From contig PEAD01000002.1 in NCBI GenBank assembly GCA_002753335.1, positions 124,001-188,000 on the forward strand: 64,000 nt of DNA, read 5' to 3'. Under the pieces are notes generated by a model. That model ran no database searches. It was not told the DNA's origin and worked only from the letters and a program-made list of their open reading frames with translations. Both the position numbers and the translations under genes were made by a program. Positions 38,361 to 48,780 of the stretch are shown here, one piece after another. The stretch is from Nitrospirae bacterium MYbin3 (GTDB lineage Bacteria > Nitrospirota > Thermodesulfovibrionia > Thermodesulfovibrionales > Dissulfurispiraceae). Numbering within the stretch: position 1 is the first letter of the stretch; the number at the start of each line of letters is the position of its first letter.

Positions 38361-39539
38361 TTAAGACATTATATGTTTATAAATTTTAAAATACTTTTCA
38401 GCCCCAATTTGCAGTGAAAGATATTTAAGCGCAGTCGCTCTGCATCTTTCCCTCAACACTTCCCCTTCAGACAATAAATTTTTCAATTCATATATAGCCC
38501 TTTTATATTCCTCTTCTGAGAATTCATGAATAACAACACCGACCCTTTCATTTATAATAATTTCATCGCAATCTCCAATCCCGGAATTAACAATAACAGG
38601 CAACCCACAGGCAAGATACTCCCCAAACTTGACGGGTGAAGAATTATATCTCTTGTAAGGGTTAATAAAAAAAATGCCTGCGTCTGCTTCCACAAGCAGT
38701 TCTGAAACCGCGCCTCTTTGCGGCTTTATAACACTTATTCCGGAATCATTAATCCCTTTTTCTCTTGCGGCTTCAAAAAACAAACCGGGCTCATTTTGAG
38801 TCAGAAAGACAAATAATGCATTTGGAATATCCCAGCGCATAACCTTAAAAAAATCGAGCATTTCACTTATCAAGTACCATGTTTCGGATTTACCCAGATA
38901 AACAAGCTTAAAATTACCGCCGTCCTTCTCTTTGTTTTGAACATACCTGAACTTATTCATATCTGTACAACACGGGATAACATCCATCTTGTTTAATAAT
39001 CGTGTTGACGATCTTTTAATGACTTCAGAGTGTCGATGTGTCTCGACGGTAAAGAAATCGCATTTCTCAAGCAATATATTCTCTCCCCAACGCATCATCT
39101 TATAAAGCAAACCATTTTTAGACAGAAGGTCTCCTCCTACATATTTCTCCGCCAGGAGTCCTCTTGTATCAAAGAAAAATTTAATACCCAATAGTTTCAC
39201 AGGAATAAAAGAGATCAATGCGGGAAACAACCCTCTGGCATGCACAGCATGAATTTTATTTTTCATTGAGATTGAAAAAACAGAAATTATACCCAAGATT
39301 ATATTTAAGCAAGTCGCCGGTAACCTCGGTCTGTTCCGGTACATTAAATATTTCCATCTGATATTATGTCCAAACTCGGCAATATATTCCCTAGAAACAG
39401 CAAGAGACTCTCTTGTTTCAAAGGTCAGTAATGAGTATTGGGTACCTTGTTTCCGGGCAATTTCCCTCATATATGAAAAGCCCTGAGATTCCATTAACGG
39501 GTCAGACGCTGCCTGATAAGCTATGAATAAAATATTCAT
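38361..39539 (-). CDS. GT4 glycosyltransferase
   Basis: SSPVKFGEYLACGLPVI. Confidence 0.88.
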   Translation of the reverse strand: MNILFIAYQAASDPLMESQGFSYMREIARKQGTQYSLLTFETRESLAVSREYIAEFGHNIRWKYLMYRNRPRLPATCLNIILGIISVFSISMKNKIHAVHARGLFPALISFIPVKLLGIKFFFDTRGLLAEKYVGGDLLSKNGLLYKMMRWGENILLEKCDFFTVETHRHSEVIKRSSTRLLNKMDVIPCCTDMNKFRYVQNKEKDGGNFKLVYLGKSETWYLISEMLDFFKVMRWDIPNALFVFLTQNEPGLFFEAAREKGINDSGISVIKPQRGAVSELLVEADAGIFFINPYKRYNSSPVKFGEYLACGLPVIVNSGIGDCDEIIINERVGVVIHEFSEEEYKRAIYELKNLLSEGEVLRERCRATALKYLSLQIGAEKYFKIYKHIMS

Positions 39540-39552
39540 GCGTTACTGAAAA

Positions 39553-41019
39553 TTATTTTAATCTCCAGAGTTTCAGGACTTCCCTGAAAGCCCTTCCAAT
39601 AACGCTTTTAAATTGTGTGAAGCTTACATATATCAGTCTTAACGGATTATTTATATTGTCCTTTAAAAAATTTGCGATATTCATAGGCAGTATTACAGTC
39701 AGCCTTGTCTTTAAATAGAGTTTCTGAAAAGTATTGGAAGACATATCAGCATAATTCACCTGCGGCATTTCGATATATGATACATCGTCAATATTCAGAT
39801 AAAGCTTGCCCTCAGATTTTAATTTTTTATATATCTCAGTCCCGGGCAGGGGCATGAACAGATTTAATGACACAGTATTAGGGCGGGCTTTTTTTATAAA
39901 GGACACTGTCTTTTTTAAATCCTCTTCTGTCTCCCCCGGATATCCAACAATAAAATTACCCTGAAACCTCAATCCGCTCTCTTTTGTCATTTGAGCAACC
40001 ACTAAATTCCGTTCTACATTCGTCCTCTTATCCATCAAGTCTAGTACTCTCTGTGAACCTGATTCGAAACCGTATTCCACTTGAGCACAACCAGCATCCT
40101 TCATCATAGATAAAAGTTCTGGTTCAGCTACCTTTGTGCTTATCTGAGCAATCCAAACAATTTTTTTATGCAGATCATGTTGCTTAAAAAGTGTAAGCAT
40201 TTCAACTGCCCTTTTTTTACTGCTCAGAAACATGTCTTCGGCAAAATATATAGCCTCAACACCATATTTGTTAATCAACTCCTCGATCTCCGCAACGACC
40301 CGCTGCGACGAGTGGTATCTGACCTTTCTTCTTCCGATTAATGGGCCTGCGCAATAATGACAGTTATAAGGACAGCCTCTTGAAGTAAAAATATGAGTTG
40401 TTCTTAAAGAAAGATTTCTGCTGATATACCGGCTCGGCCTTGTGTAATATTGCATTTCAAGGATGTCCCTTGCAGGAAATGGCAGAGAATCAACAGATTC
40501 TATGAGTTGTCTGTCATAATTAGAAACAATTGTACCGCCATCTTTTCTGTATGTTATGCCATCAATCCTTTCCATATCAACATTATTGGCTATATCCAAC
40601 ATCGTCATTTCACCTTCTCCGCGAACAACAATATCGATACCTCTGCACATCTCAAGTGTCAGTACGGGCTCTCCGGTGCTGTGAGGGCCTCCTATAACAG
40701 TTTTAATATCAGGAAAAAGCTTTTTAAATTTTTTTGAAAAGGTATTAACATCCGAGATATTTGGAGTCGTAGCACTGAAGCCGACTATATGAGAATTGAA
40801 TTTTGTTATAAGATTCTCAGTATCCCTGTCCACCTTATCAAAATCAAGGTTATTCTTGCGGAGCAATAAATCTCGGTCTATTATCTGAACAGAGTGACCA
40901 TTTTCTCTCAAAACAGCAGCTATGTAAGCCACACCAAGAGGCGGCCAATATTGTTTATTAGGGTCTGACAGAGCCCTTTCTCTTGATAACAGCGGATAAA
41001 CTAAAGATATATTCATCAT
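39553..41019 (-). CDS. B12-binding radical SAM protein
   Basis: PPLGVAYIAA; GGPH; RGCPYNCHYC; GFESGS. Confidence 0.92.
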   Translation of the reverse strand: MMNISLVYPLLSRERALSDPNKQYWPPLGVAYIAAVLRENGHSVQIIDRDLLLRKNNLDFDKVDRDTENLITKFNSHIVGFSATTPNISDVNTFSKKFKKLFPDIKTVIGGPHSTGEPVLTLEMCRGIDIVVRGEGEMTMLDIANNVDMERIDGITYRKDGGTIVSNYDRQLIESVDSLPFPARDILEMQYYTRPSRYISRNLSLRTTHIFTSRGCPYNCHYCAGPLIGRRKVRYHSSQRVVAEIEELINKYGVEAIYFAEDMFLSSKKRAVEMLTLFKQHDLHKKIVWIAQISTKVAEPELLSMMKDAGCAQVEYGFESGSQRVLDLMDKRTNVERNLVVAQMTKESGLRFQGNFIVGYPGETEEDLKKTVSFIKKARPNTVSLNLFMPLPGTEIYKKLKSEGKLYLNIDDVSYIEMPQVNYADMSSNTFQKLYLKTRLTVILPMNIANFLKDNINNPLRLIYVSFTQFKSVIGRAFREVLKLWRLK

Positions 41020-41025
41020 TATCTC

Positions 41026-41158
41026 CAGACGTTAGAATTTTTCATTATTTGTTTTTTTAGTTCTATTTTTTTTGATTTTCTTTCAGATTAGTCATCAGCT
41101 GACTTTTCCATGCCTTATTTACCATTTTCCTATATCTAGGGGGTTGTGCAAAGGTCTC
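41026..41158. mobile_element. Degenerate MITE-like element, copy B
   Basis: Ends CAGACGTTAGAATTTTTCAT and GGGGTTGTGCAAAGGTCTC; similar to 62945-63084. Confidence 0.45.
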
Positions 41159-41220
41159 GTCGTGAGAACATAAAACAACGCAGTCAAACTCCACGAGGCA
41201 TTCTGGAAAGACTTTTGTAA

Positions 41221-42351
41221 TTAAAAATTGGGTGTTAATTTTGAATCAATATGTTGCACAATCTTAGCATGACTGTTAAGGCCAATCCATAAAGGCAATC
41301 TCAATATACGATTTGCTAATTCATCCGTATTCTTAAGATCACCATGCGTACGCCCATATTTCTTACCGGCAGGGGAACTGTGTAAAGGAACATAATGAAA
41401 AAAAGCATTTATAGAATTGTTCTTAAGGTAATCAATCAAATCTGATCGTATTTTTGCTGAATTAAGTAATATATAATAAATATGTGCATTGTGTTGACAG
41501 TCCTCAGGAACAATTGGACGGCGTAACAATCCTCTATATTCTAAGTGTGCAAGCTTTTCATGATACTGCTGCCATATCTTTAATCGAGACTGTGTAATTA
41601 TATCAGCCTCTTCCATTTGAGCCCAGAGAAAAGCAGAAGTTATTTCACTTGGCAAATATGATGACCCGATATCAAACCAAGTGTATTTGTCAGCCAATCC
41701 TCTCTAAAACTGGGAACGATTAGTGCCTTTTTCCCTTATAATTTCTGCGCGCTCAATAAAATTAGCATCATTAACCAATAAAGCACCGCATTCTCCAGCC
41801 ATAATATTTTTAGTCTCATGAAATGAATAGCAACCAAAATGACCAATCGATCCCAAATGTTTACCTTTATATAATGACATAATACCCTGTGCAGCATCCT
41901 CGATAACTATAAGTTTATGCCTATATGCAATATCCATTATTGAGTCCATTTCGCAAGCAACACCAGCATAGTGTACAGGTACAATTGCTTTTGTACGATT
42001 GGTTATAGCTGATTCAATTTTTTTTTCGTCTATGTTCAATGTATCAGAACGTATATCTACAAAAACAGGAACAGCACCTCTAAGTACAAAAGCATTAGCA
42101 GTAGATACAAATGTGTATGACGGCATAATCACTTCATCAAATGGCTGAATATTAGCTAAAATAGCTGCCATTTCCAATGCTGCTGTACATGAGTTGGTAA
42201 GTAATGCTTTCTTGGAACTCGTTTTTGTCTCAAGCCATTCGTGACACATCTCTGTAAATGGGCCATCGCCAGCAAAAATCTTATTAAAGTAAGCTTTAGC
42301 AATATACCACAGCTCCTTACCAGTCACATATGGTTTATTAAAAGCAATCAT
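41221..42351 (-). pseudogene. wecE: dTDP-4-amino-4,6-dideoxygalactose transaminase interrupted by an in-frame TAG
   Basis: SFHETKN; EKGTNRSQF*RGLADKYTW; TAG at 41704-41706 with both halves in the same frame. Confidence 0.88.
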
Positions 42352-43220
42352 TAACTTACCTTCCTTGCGACAATAAGACGAGATCCACCAATAATAATTG
42401 AAAAACCTAATTTTATTAAACTACGTTCTATACATAAAATTAAATATAATATCTTATTAACAGTTGGACTGATATTTAAATCATCAAATACTTTAATATC
42501 ATGCTTATTGGACCTGTAGTATCTAGATGCAATCATAGCAGGTAACAAAAGAGAAACGAACGAAGTAGATCGAATTATTTTAAATCCAGCATTCTCTATT
42601 TTTTTATGAGCTTCATCAACCGTATAACGGCGAACATGAGACCAATACCTATCTGTTTCACTCCACAACCAAGGATGTTGAGGTATAGTTAGTATTAAAC
42701 CTCCCCCTTTTTTAACAGCTTTAAATATTTCTGAAAGGACAACCTCATCTTCTTGAATATGTTCAAGAACATCAAAAGCTCCAACGACATCAAATTCATC
42801 AACAAAAGGCATATTTCGAACATCCATTTGCATAAAATATGCATTTTTAACGCGACTAGATGCAAATAATAGACTTTCAATAGAAACATCGCATCCCATC
42901 ATCTTTGCATACGGAAAAGCCGACGCAACACCAGACAATACGAAACCAGTTCCACAACCTATTTCCATAAACGACCAAGTACCTGAATAATATTTTTTAA
43001 GCATAAATATTATTAGTTCATTACGTGCACGAAACCAGAAACTGAAATTTTCCAGTTCAAAAAGTTTTACAAAAAATTCAGTCTTATAGAAACTTCCATC
43101 ATTAGATAATTCTATTGCCCACGTGGGAATGCCAGCTATTTGCTCAGGAGTAAAACCGCAATTAAAACATGATAAATCCTCAAAAGAATAAAACCTTTGG
43201 CATTTTTGGCAACAAATCAT
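42351..43220 (-). CDS. Class I SAM-dependent methyltransferase
   Basis: MEIGCGTG; FDVLEHI; HVRRY. Confidence 0.88.
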   Translation of the reverse strand: MICCQKCQRFYSFEDLSCFNCGFTPEQIAGIPTWAIELSNDGSFYKTEFFVKLFELENFSFWFRARNELIIFMLKKYYSGTWSFMEIGCGTGFVLSGVASAFPYAKMMGCDVSIESLLFASSRVKNAYFMQMDVRNMPFVDEFDVVGAFDVLEHIQEDEVVLSEIFKAVKKGGGLILTIPQHPWLWSETDRYWSHVRRYTVDEAHKKIENAGFKIIRSTSFVSLLLPAMIASRYYRSNKHDIKVFDDLNISPTVNKILYLILCIERSLIKLGFSIIIGGSRLIVARKVS

Positions 43221-43246
43221 TTAAGAAAAATGAACAAGTAACTATA

Positions 43247-44179
43247 TTAAAGTAAAATTTTTCGCACCACGAATTGAGGCCGTTTATTGGCCACTAAGTA
43301 AATACGTCCTATATATTCACCAATAATACCCAAAGCCATTAATATAGCCCCCCCCATAATCAATTGTAAAAGAACTAAAGTTGTCCAACCTTCAACTATA
43401 TTACCTCTAAAATACATTGCGGCATAATATAAGGATAGAATTAGCCCAATGAATGCTACCAATATTCCAAACAATGAAGCAATGCGCAGTGGAACAATAG
43501 AAAATCCTGTAGTATGCCTTAAAAATACTGAAATGGATTTTTTCAGAGTATAATTACTCTTGCTAGCAAAGCGCTTATTATGTTCAACCTCAACTTGAGC
43601 TATAGATCTTGTTGCACTAAAAATCAATCCATCAACATACGGATATGAGCCCTGATAATTTATGATTGAGTTTATAATAACTCTACGAATAACCTTAAAT
43701 GGGGACAGATAAATCTCACTCGGCTTTCCAATTAAAAATTCTGCTTGTTTTGCGTTAATGTAACTTCCAACATTCTTCCACCACGCCTGCTGTTTTTTTC
43801 CATAATATTTTGCATAGCATACATCATATCCACTTTCACATTTTGCCACTAACTTAGAGATATCATAAGGAGAATGCTGTAGATCATCATCCATTATAAC
43901 AATGTATTCACCTCTAGTATTATTTAAACCTGCCATAATAGCATTGTCTTGACCAAAATTACGTGCAAGACATATTCCGATTACTTTATCATACTTTTTA
44001 CTAAGAGAAATTATAACATCCCAACTATTATCAGCACTACCGTCATTTACTAAAATAACTTCATATAACTGGCCAGATAATGCATTACTAATTTGGGCAA
44101 GCAACTCAGGAAGAATAATCTCACTATTATAAACCGGAACTACAATACTAATTTTTATATCATAGGGATATTTTGTCAT
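43247..44179 (-). CDS. GT2 glycosyltransferase, ArnC/GtrB-like
   Basis: VVPVYN; RNFGQ; MDDDLQH; two C-terminal TMs; GIIGEYIGRIY. Confidence 0.9.
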   Translation of the reverse strand: MTKYPYDIKISIVVPVYNSEIILPELLAQISNALSGQLYEVILVNDGSADNSWDVIISLSKKYDKVIGICLARNFGQDNAIMAGLNNTRGEYIVIMDDDLQHSPYDISKLVAKCESGYDVCYAKYYGKKQQAWWKNVGSYINAKQAEFLIGKPSEIYLSPFKVIRRVIINSIINYQGSYPYVDGLIFSATRSIAQVEVEHNKRFASKSNYTLKKSISVFLRHTTGFSIVPLRIASLFGILVAFIGLILSLYYAAMYFRGNIVEGWTTLVLLQLIMGGAILMALGIIGEYIGRIYLVANKRPQFVVRKILL

Positions 44180-44209
44180 TAAATTAAGATAGAATGCAGG
44201 AATTTAATA

Positions 44210-45484
44210 CTAATTATATCCTTCTGGTCTACTTTGGTTACCTCTATATATAATCCATTTCTTTACTATAAAATATGATGAAAAAATAATAATAAATGGC
44301 AAGACTGATGCAGAATATCTTGTTTCTACATGTAATGGCAAAAATATAATAAACACATATATTATAGGTATAGATAGCAAAAAAAATCTTTTGTCATTTT
44401 TATATGAAGCAAATATTCCTAATATTCCTGTAATTATTATAATAGCATTTAACATAAAAAAAACACTTTTATAAAAAAAATATTTATGGGAACCTGATAC
44501 AGCACGCATAGCATAATGATCAGATCTAGTTCCAAACCAAAGTCTTGGGGCTCTAATAATCCAAGTTTTAATTACATCAAGAGGTTCAGATGTAATTTTC
44601 TCAAAACTAAGATTTTTGAAATATTGATCAAATTGATTTCTATGTTCCCAACGATCTCTAATTTCATTTTTTTTATCTTCATTAGTTCCAATTATAAAAA
44701 CATCATCAGGCAGGAGCTTTGAATTGCGCATCCAATCAGGATTTTTTTCCCATGTACCTATCCAAAGACCGGGTCCCAATATACCCTTACTTAAAAATAA
44801 TCCGCCATTCGACAGCTGGAAATTGCGTATTATCCATGGAGAAATTGTAATAATTACGGCAATTAAGTAGATAATCAGGCCTTTTTCACGCTTATTGATA
44901 ATCATAAAAAACATAACCGTAAATATAGGCAAAAGCAAATAGACATCTCTAGACAATATAGTAAAACCCATTAATATCCCTGAGATAATAAATCTAGATT
45001 TTTTTTGAGAAAATACCATTATCAAAAAAGACATTAATAAAAACATAGTAGTTATGTTTTCGCTAAATACTCTACTGTTCATAAGTGCTTCGAATGGAGA
45101 AGAAGCAATTAACAAACTGCTTAGAAACGATATATGTTTACTATGTTCACTCAATAAAAAATATGTAATTATTGCACCCCAAATCGATATTATGCTTTGA
45201 ATAATAAAAAAAGCATTTAAATTATAGCCAAATATAGTATCTATCAAACCAACAAAAGCCGAATAAATAGGCGGTCTATAATATGATGCGGTTACAGGAT
45301 TTCCTTCTCCATGTATCGCAAAATTAAATATATTTCTACCAACCTCCAAATAATATAAACTATCACCCGTAGCAAAAAGACAATTAAAATCAAAAAGTAT
45401 CAGCATAATAATTCTAACAATTATTGCAAACGCTATTATGAAAGTAACCCTATATGATATATTTTGATTTATTATCGATAACAT
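44210..45484 (-). CDS. ArnT/GT39-like (GT-C) membrane glycosyltransferase
   Basis: GDSLYY; YRPPIYS; PWIIRN; ETRY. Confidence 0.78.
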   Translation of the reverse strand: MLSIINQNISYRVTFIIAFAIIVRIIMLILFDFNCLFATGDSLYYLEVGRNIFNFAIHGEGNPVTASYYRPPIYSAFVGLIDTIFGYNLNAFFIIQSIISIWGAIITYFLLSEHSKHISFLSSLLIASSPFEALMNSRVFSENITTMFLLMSFLIMVFSQKKSRFIISGILMGFTILSRDVYLLLPIFTVMFFMIINKREKGLIIYLIAVIITISPWIIRNFQLSNGGLFLSKGILGPGLWIGTWEKNPDWMRNSKLLPDDVFIIGTNEDKKNEIRDRWEHRNQFDQYFKNLSFEKITSEPLDVIKTWIIRAPRLWFGTRSDHYAMRAVSGSHKYFFYKSVFFMLNAIIIITGILGIFASYKNDKRFFLLSIPIIYVFIIFLPLHVETRYSASVLPFIIIFSSYFIVKKWIIYRGNQSRPEGYN

Positions 45485-45543
45485 TTATTGATACCTTTAT
45501 ATTCTCCATTATTGTTTTTTGTACTTATCCCGCGTTTTCTACT

Positions 45544-46755
45544 TTAAACAATGTGAACAAAAGGAATTGGAATAATAAACTTAGAATGATAGTTACCAGC
45601 CTCACGTACTTTATTGATTATTTCATCTCTATAATTCCATGCTGTAAGTAGAAAATAATCAGGAGGATTCAACAGACCTTCATCCTCGGGAATTACTTTT
45701 ATATAGGATTGTGGTAAATATTTACCTTGTTTCCCAGGTGTACTGTCAATACATAATGGAATTTCATTGCATGTAAGGCCAACAAAATTAAGAAGGGTAT
45801 TACCTTTAGCAGTAGCTCCATACGTATATATAGTCTTACCAGTGTTCCTAAGATTCTTAATAAGTTTTCCAATTTGTCCCCTAATTTCATATGCTTTGTC
45901 TGCGAAATTTTTTAAAGACTGACGATTTATAAACATCTGCTCACACTCAAGGTATTCATTAACAGATGGGTTTATTATAATACCATCATTCTCCCGTTTA
46001 GCTACGAATACTATAGAGCCTCCATGAATAAGTGAAGTCATAACATCAATAAGTCGCAATCCGTGAATATTCAACAAAGCCATCATCGATCTAATAGAGT
46101 AATAAAACATATGCTCATGATATACCTGATCAAATTCGTTGTTTTCAATTGTGTTCAATAAATATGAGTTCTCAATAACTAAATAACCTGAATCTGAAAG
46201 TAATGTTGTCACTCCTTTCATTAAAACATGCGGATTAGAATTATGTGCAAAACAATGCCTAGCTATAATGATGTCAGGAACCCCATATTGATCTCTTATT
46301 ATTAATGCAGATTCGGAATTAAAGAAATCACAAATTGTATCAACTCCTGCTTCATTAGCAATTTTACAAATATTCTCAGCAGGGTCAATACCAACAACTC
46401 GCGATACTTTATTCCTAATAAACTTGAGAAATAAACCTACATTGCTGCCAACCTCAACGACAAATGACTCCTTTTTAATATATCCGGATGATTCAAGATA
46501 GCCGTATAAATATCTGTAATGTCGAGTAAGCATTGTTGATTCTGGCGTAATATAAAGATATTTTAAATATAGTTCTTCAGAACTAAGACAATCACGAAGT
46601 TGAACGTTGTAACAACTCTCGCATAACTCAAGCACAAGAGGAAACGTTTGTTGCACAGCCAAAGAACTGTCCAGAAGTGAATTCGCAGGAGGAGTTAATC
46701 CGAGATTTAAAACTTCTTCAGTAAAAGAATTACATATACGGCATGCCATAATCAC
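45544..46755 (-). CDS. NDP-sugar C-methyltransferase family protein
   Basis: CRIC zinc domain; EVGSN; FDQVYHEH; HGGS; YGATAKGNTLLN; AWNY. Confidence 0.88.
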   Translation of the reverse strand: MIMACRICNSFTEEVLNLGLTPPANSLLDSSLAVQQTFPLVLELCESCYNVQLRDCLSSEELYLKYLYITPESTMLTRHYRYLYGYLESSGYIKKESFVVEVGSNVGLFLKFIRNKVSRVVGIDPAENICKIANEAGVDTICDFFNSESALIIRDQYGVPDIIIARHCFAHNSNPHVLMKGVTTLLSDSGYLVIENSYLLNTIENNEFDQVYHEHMFYYSIRSMMALLNIHGLRLIDVMTSLIHGGSIVFVAKRENDGIIINPSVNEYLECEQMFINRQSLKNFADKAYEIRGQIGKLIKNLRNTGKTIYTYGATAKGNTLLNFVGLTCNEIPLCIDSTPGKQGKYLPQSYIKVIPEDEGLLNPPDYFLLTAWNYRDEIINKVREAGNYHSKFIIPIPFVHIV

Positions 46756-46785
46756 CTCAAAGCTATACTTATATCAACTATTTTT

Positions 46786-47724
46786 TTAACAAAGAAACTT
46801 AGATGCAAAAAGAGAGAAAACATGGTCGCTAGTATGGTTCGACAAGATATAACTTTTACATCTATCAAAGAAATCACGTTTCCACATCTTATCTAGTTTT
46901 TCTATTATAACAAAAACTTCAGCTAACTCATTAAATATTAACCGTTCAGCATCCAAAACTTTAGCTAGATTTTCATATGCAGGGGTTCGGCTAACAATCG
47001 GTATTAACCCCACAGCAATGGCTAAAATCATTTTACTATCACCTCTTAATAGAGCCTGAGAGCACCCAGCATGATTTAAAATACAATATCCTATGTCTAG
47101 TTTACAATCTAATGCAGAGTCCACATTCCAATCAATAAAAGTAACCCATGGATATTTTTTTATGTAACTCTTAATTTCAGTTAATTTTGTACACACAATC
47201 AATCTGTATTCATGCCTAAATCGTATAATATTCATGAACTCTTCTATTGAAATAAGATTCCCAGGATGCCCTATCCAAAAAATACCTCTTGAATTTTCAT
47301 TCCTTACAAAGAACAGTTTGTTAATTTTATTTGGATTAACATCTATAACAGTTGGAAAAACAAAAATCTTAGAAAAATCTACATACTTAGTAAGATAATT
47401 TTTTGTAGTTTCTAAAGCTACTAATACTATGTTTGCTATTTTAGTCATTATAACAAAGAAAATAAAATGTCTTTTTCTTGTCGGCATATCATTAACATCA
47501 AAAAATACTCTCTTCCCTAGTAATCTAAAAATTATTGCATGTAGAACAAATCTCGGAGTATAACATCCTTGCAAATGAAGATATTTACAATCAATAGACT
47601 GCCAAATGCTTAAATCTCTAAAAACTTCAAACCCATAATTACTTGCTGAATGAAACAAATAAAAGCTTCGGAGTCTCGCGCTTGCCACTTTAATATCTCC
47701 AACTGTATAAGCAGCAATCTTCAT
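46786..47724 (-). CDS. Hypothetical protein, divergent glycosyltransferase-like
   Basis: ASARLR, FFDVND and WIGHPGN resemble GT4-like motifs. Confidence 0.5.
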   Translation of the reverse strand: MKIAAYTVGDIKVASARLRSFYLFHSASNYGFEVFRDLSIWQSIDCKYLHLQGCYTPRFVLHAIIFRLLGKRVFFDVNDMPTRKRHFIFFVIMTKIANIVLVALETTKNYLTKYVDFSKIFVFPTVIDVNPNKINKLFFVRNENSRGIFWIGHPGNLISIEEFMNIIRFRHEYRLIVCTKLTEIKSYIKKYPWVTFIDWNVDSALDCKLDIGYCILNHAGCSQALLRGDSKMILAIAVGLIPIVSRTPAYENLAKVLDAERLIFNELAEVFVIIEKLDKMWKRDFFDRCKSYILSNHTSDHVFSLFASKFLC

Positions 47725-47776
47725 TTAAGCAAATAGAACATTTTTACCACTAAACAAGCCAATAATATTAATATAT

Positions 47777-48769
47777 TTAAACATCATCATAATTTATACT
47801 ATATATTTCCCAGTTACTTAAGCTTAGAGATTTATCCAGTCTATTTTCCTGGGTAAAAATATTAAAATCCAATTGCGAATGCATTGGACCTATTTTAAAT
47901 GGATTTTTAATATAATTATTGTTTACCAACATTTTATCGAAATAATTAGTTTCAAAAGTAATAGCAACTATACCTCTATAATCTCTTTTACATGCTTCTA
48001 TTTCTAAAGCCTTTAACAATAGCTCAAACACTATTTTATCCTCATAAATGGACTCCATATCAACTATGTTTAAAAAACCTGATTTCCCTAAGCTGTATAT
48101 CAAATACCCGTTTATCATGTTGTTTTCATAATGGCAAATTATTTTGTAATTAAATCTTGGGTTTAGCATTCTCCACTTTAAAAAATCCGCTGATTTTTCT
48201 AAACTTATTTTAGTAGAATCATTCCTAAATTGATAATTATCAAATAAACCGTTTATTGAATCATATATTCTTATTGTAGGATTTATTTTATTGTAAAATA
48301 AATTTGAGATTTCTAATAAAATTTTTGGCTTAAAATAATATATTAACTCACCAACATTTAGCCATCCATTTTTCAAAAAAACAGATGTGGCTTTTTTTGA
48401 GCATAAAGTATAACAAAATATAGGATTTAATAATTGGACTTGATCCTTTAAGGATAGGGTTATTAATGTTCCTAATCCTTTTCCTTGATGAGCGGGATGA
48501 ATCATTAAATCAGTACATTTATATACAACTTTTTTTTCTGATAACACATTCACTTTTTCTGGAACCATAGCACCAGAACCAATAAGTTCTTCGTTCAAAA
48601 ATATACCCTTCAATATTGCCTCGCCGGCTGGGTTGTCAAAATATTTCCATTTTATCAATTCAGGCTTTAACTGCTTTTTACATGACAAAAAATATAAATC
48701 AGCCATTTGACTAATATGTTGAATGTTAAGATTTTGGACAATATATTCAGACATTCTCAATTTTCCCAT
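47777..48769 (-). CDS. GNAT family N-acyltransferase
   Basis: WKYFDNPAG; DLMIHPAHQGKGLG. Confidence 0.82.
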   Translation of the reverse strand: MGKLRMSEYIVQNLNIQHISQMADLYFLSCKKQLKPELIKWKYFDNPAGEAILKGIFLNEELIGSGAMVPEKVNVLSEKKVVYKCTDLMIHPAHQGKGLGTLITLSLKDQVQLLNPIFCYTLCSKKATSVFLKNGWLNVGELIYYFKPKILLEISNLFYNKINPTIRIYDSINGLFDNYQFRNDSTKISLEKSADFLKWRMLNPRFNYKIICHYENNMINGYLIYSLGKSGFLNIVDMESIYEDKIVFELLLKALEIEACKRDYRGIVAITFETNYFDKMLVNNNYIKNPFKIGPMHSQLDFNIFTQENRLDKSLSLSNWEIYSINYDDV

Positions 48770-48780
48770 TATGTTATTAA

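Noticed and set aside
41704..41706. Pyrrolysine read-through in wecE
   Set aside because: No pyl genes in the window and the position is not catalytic; a point nonsense change is simpler
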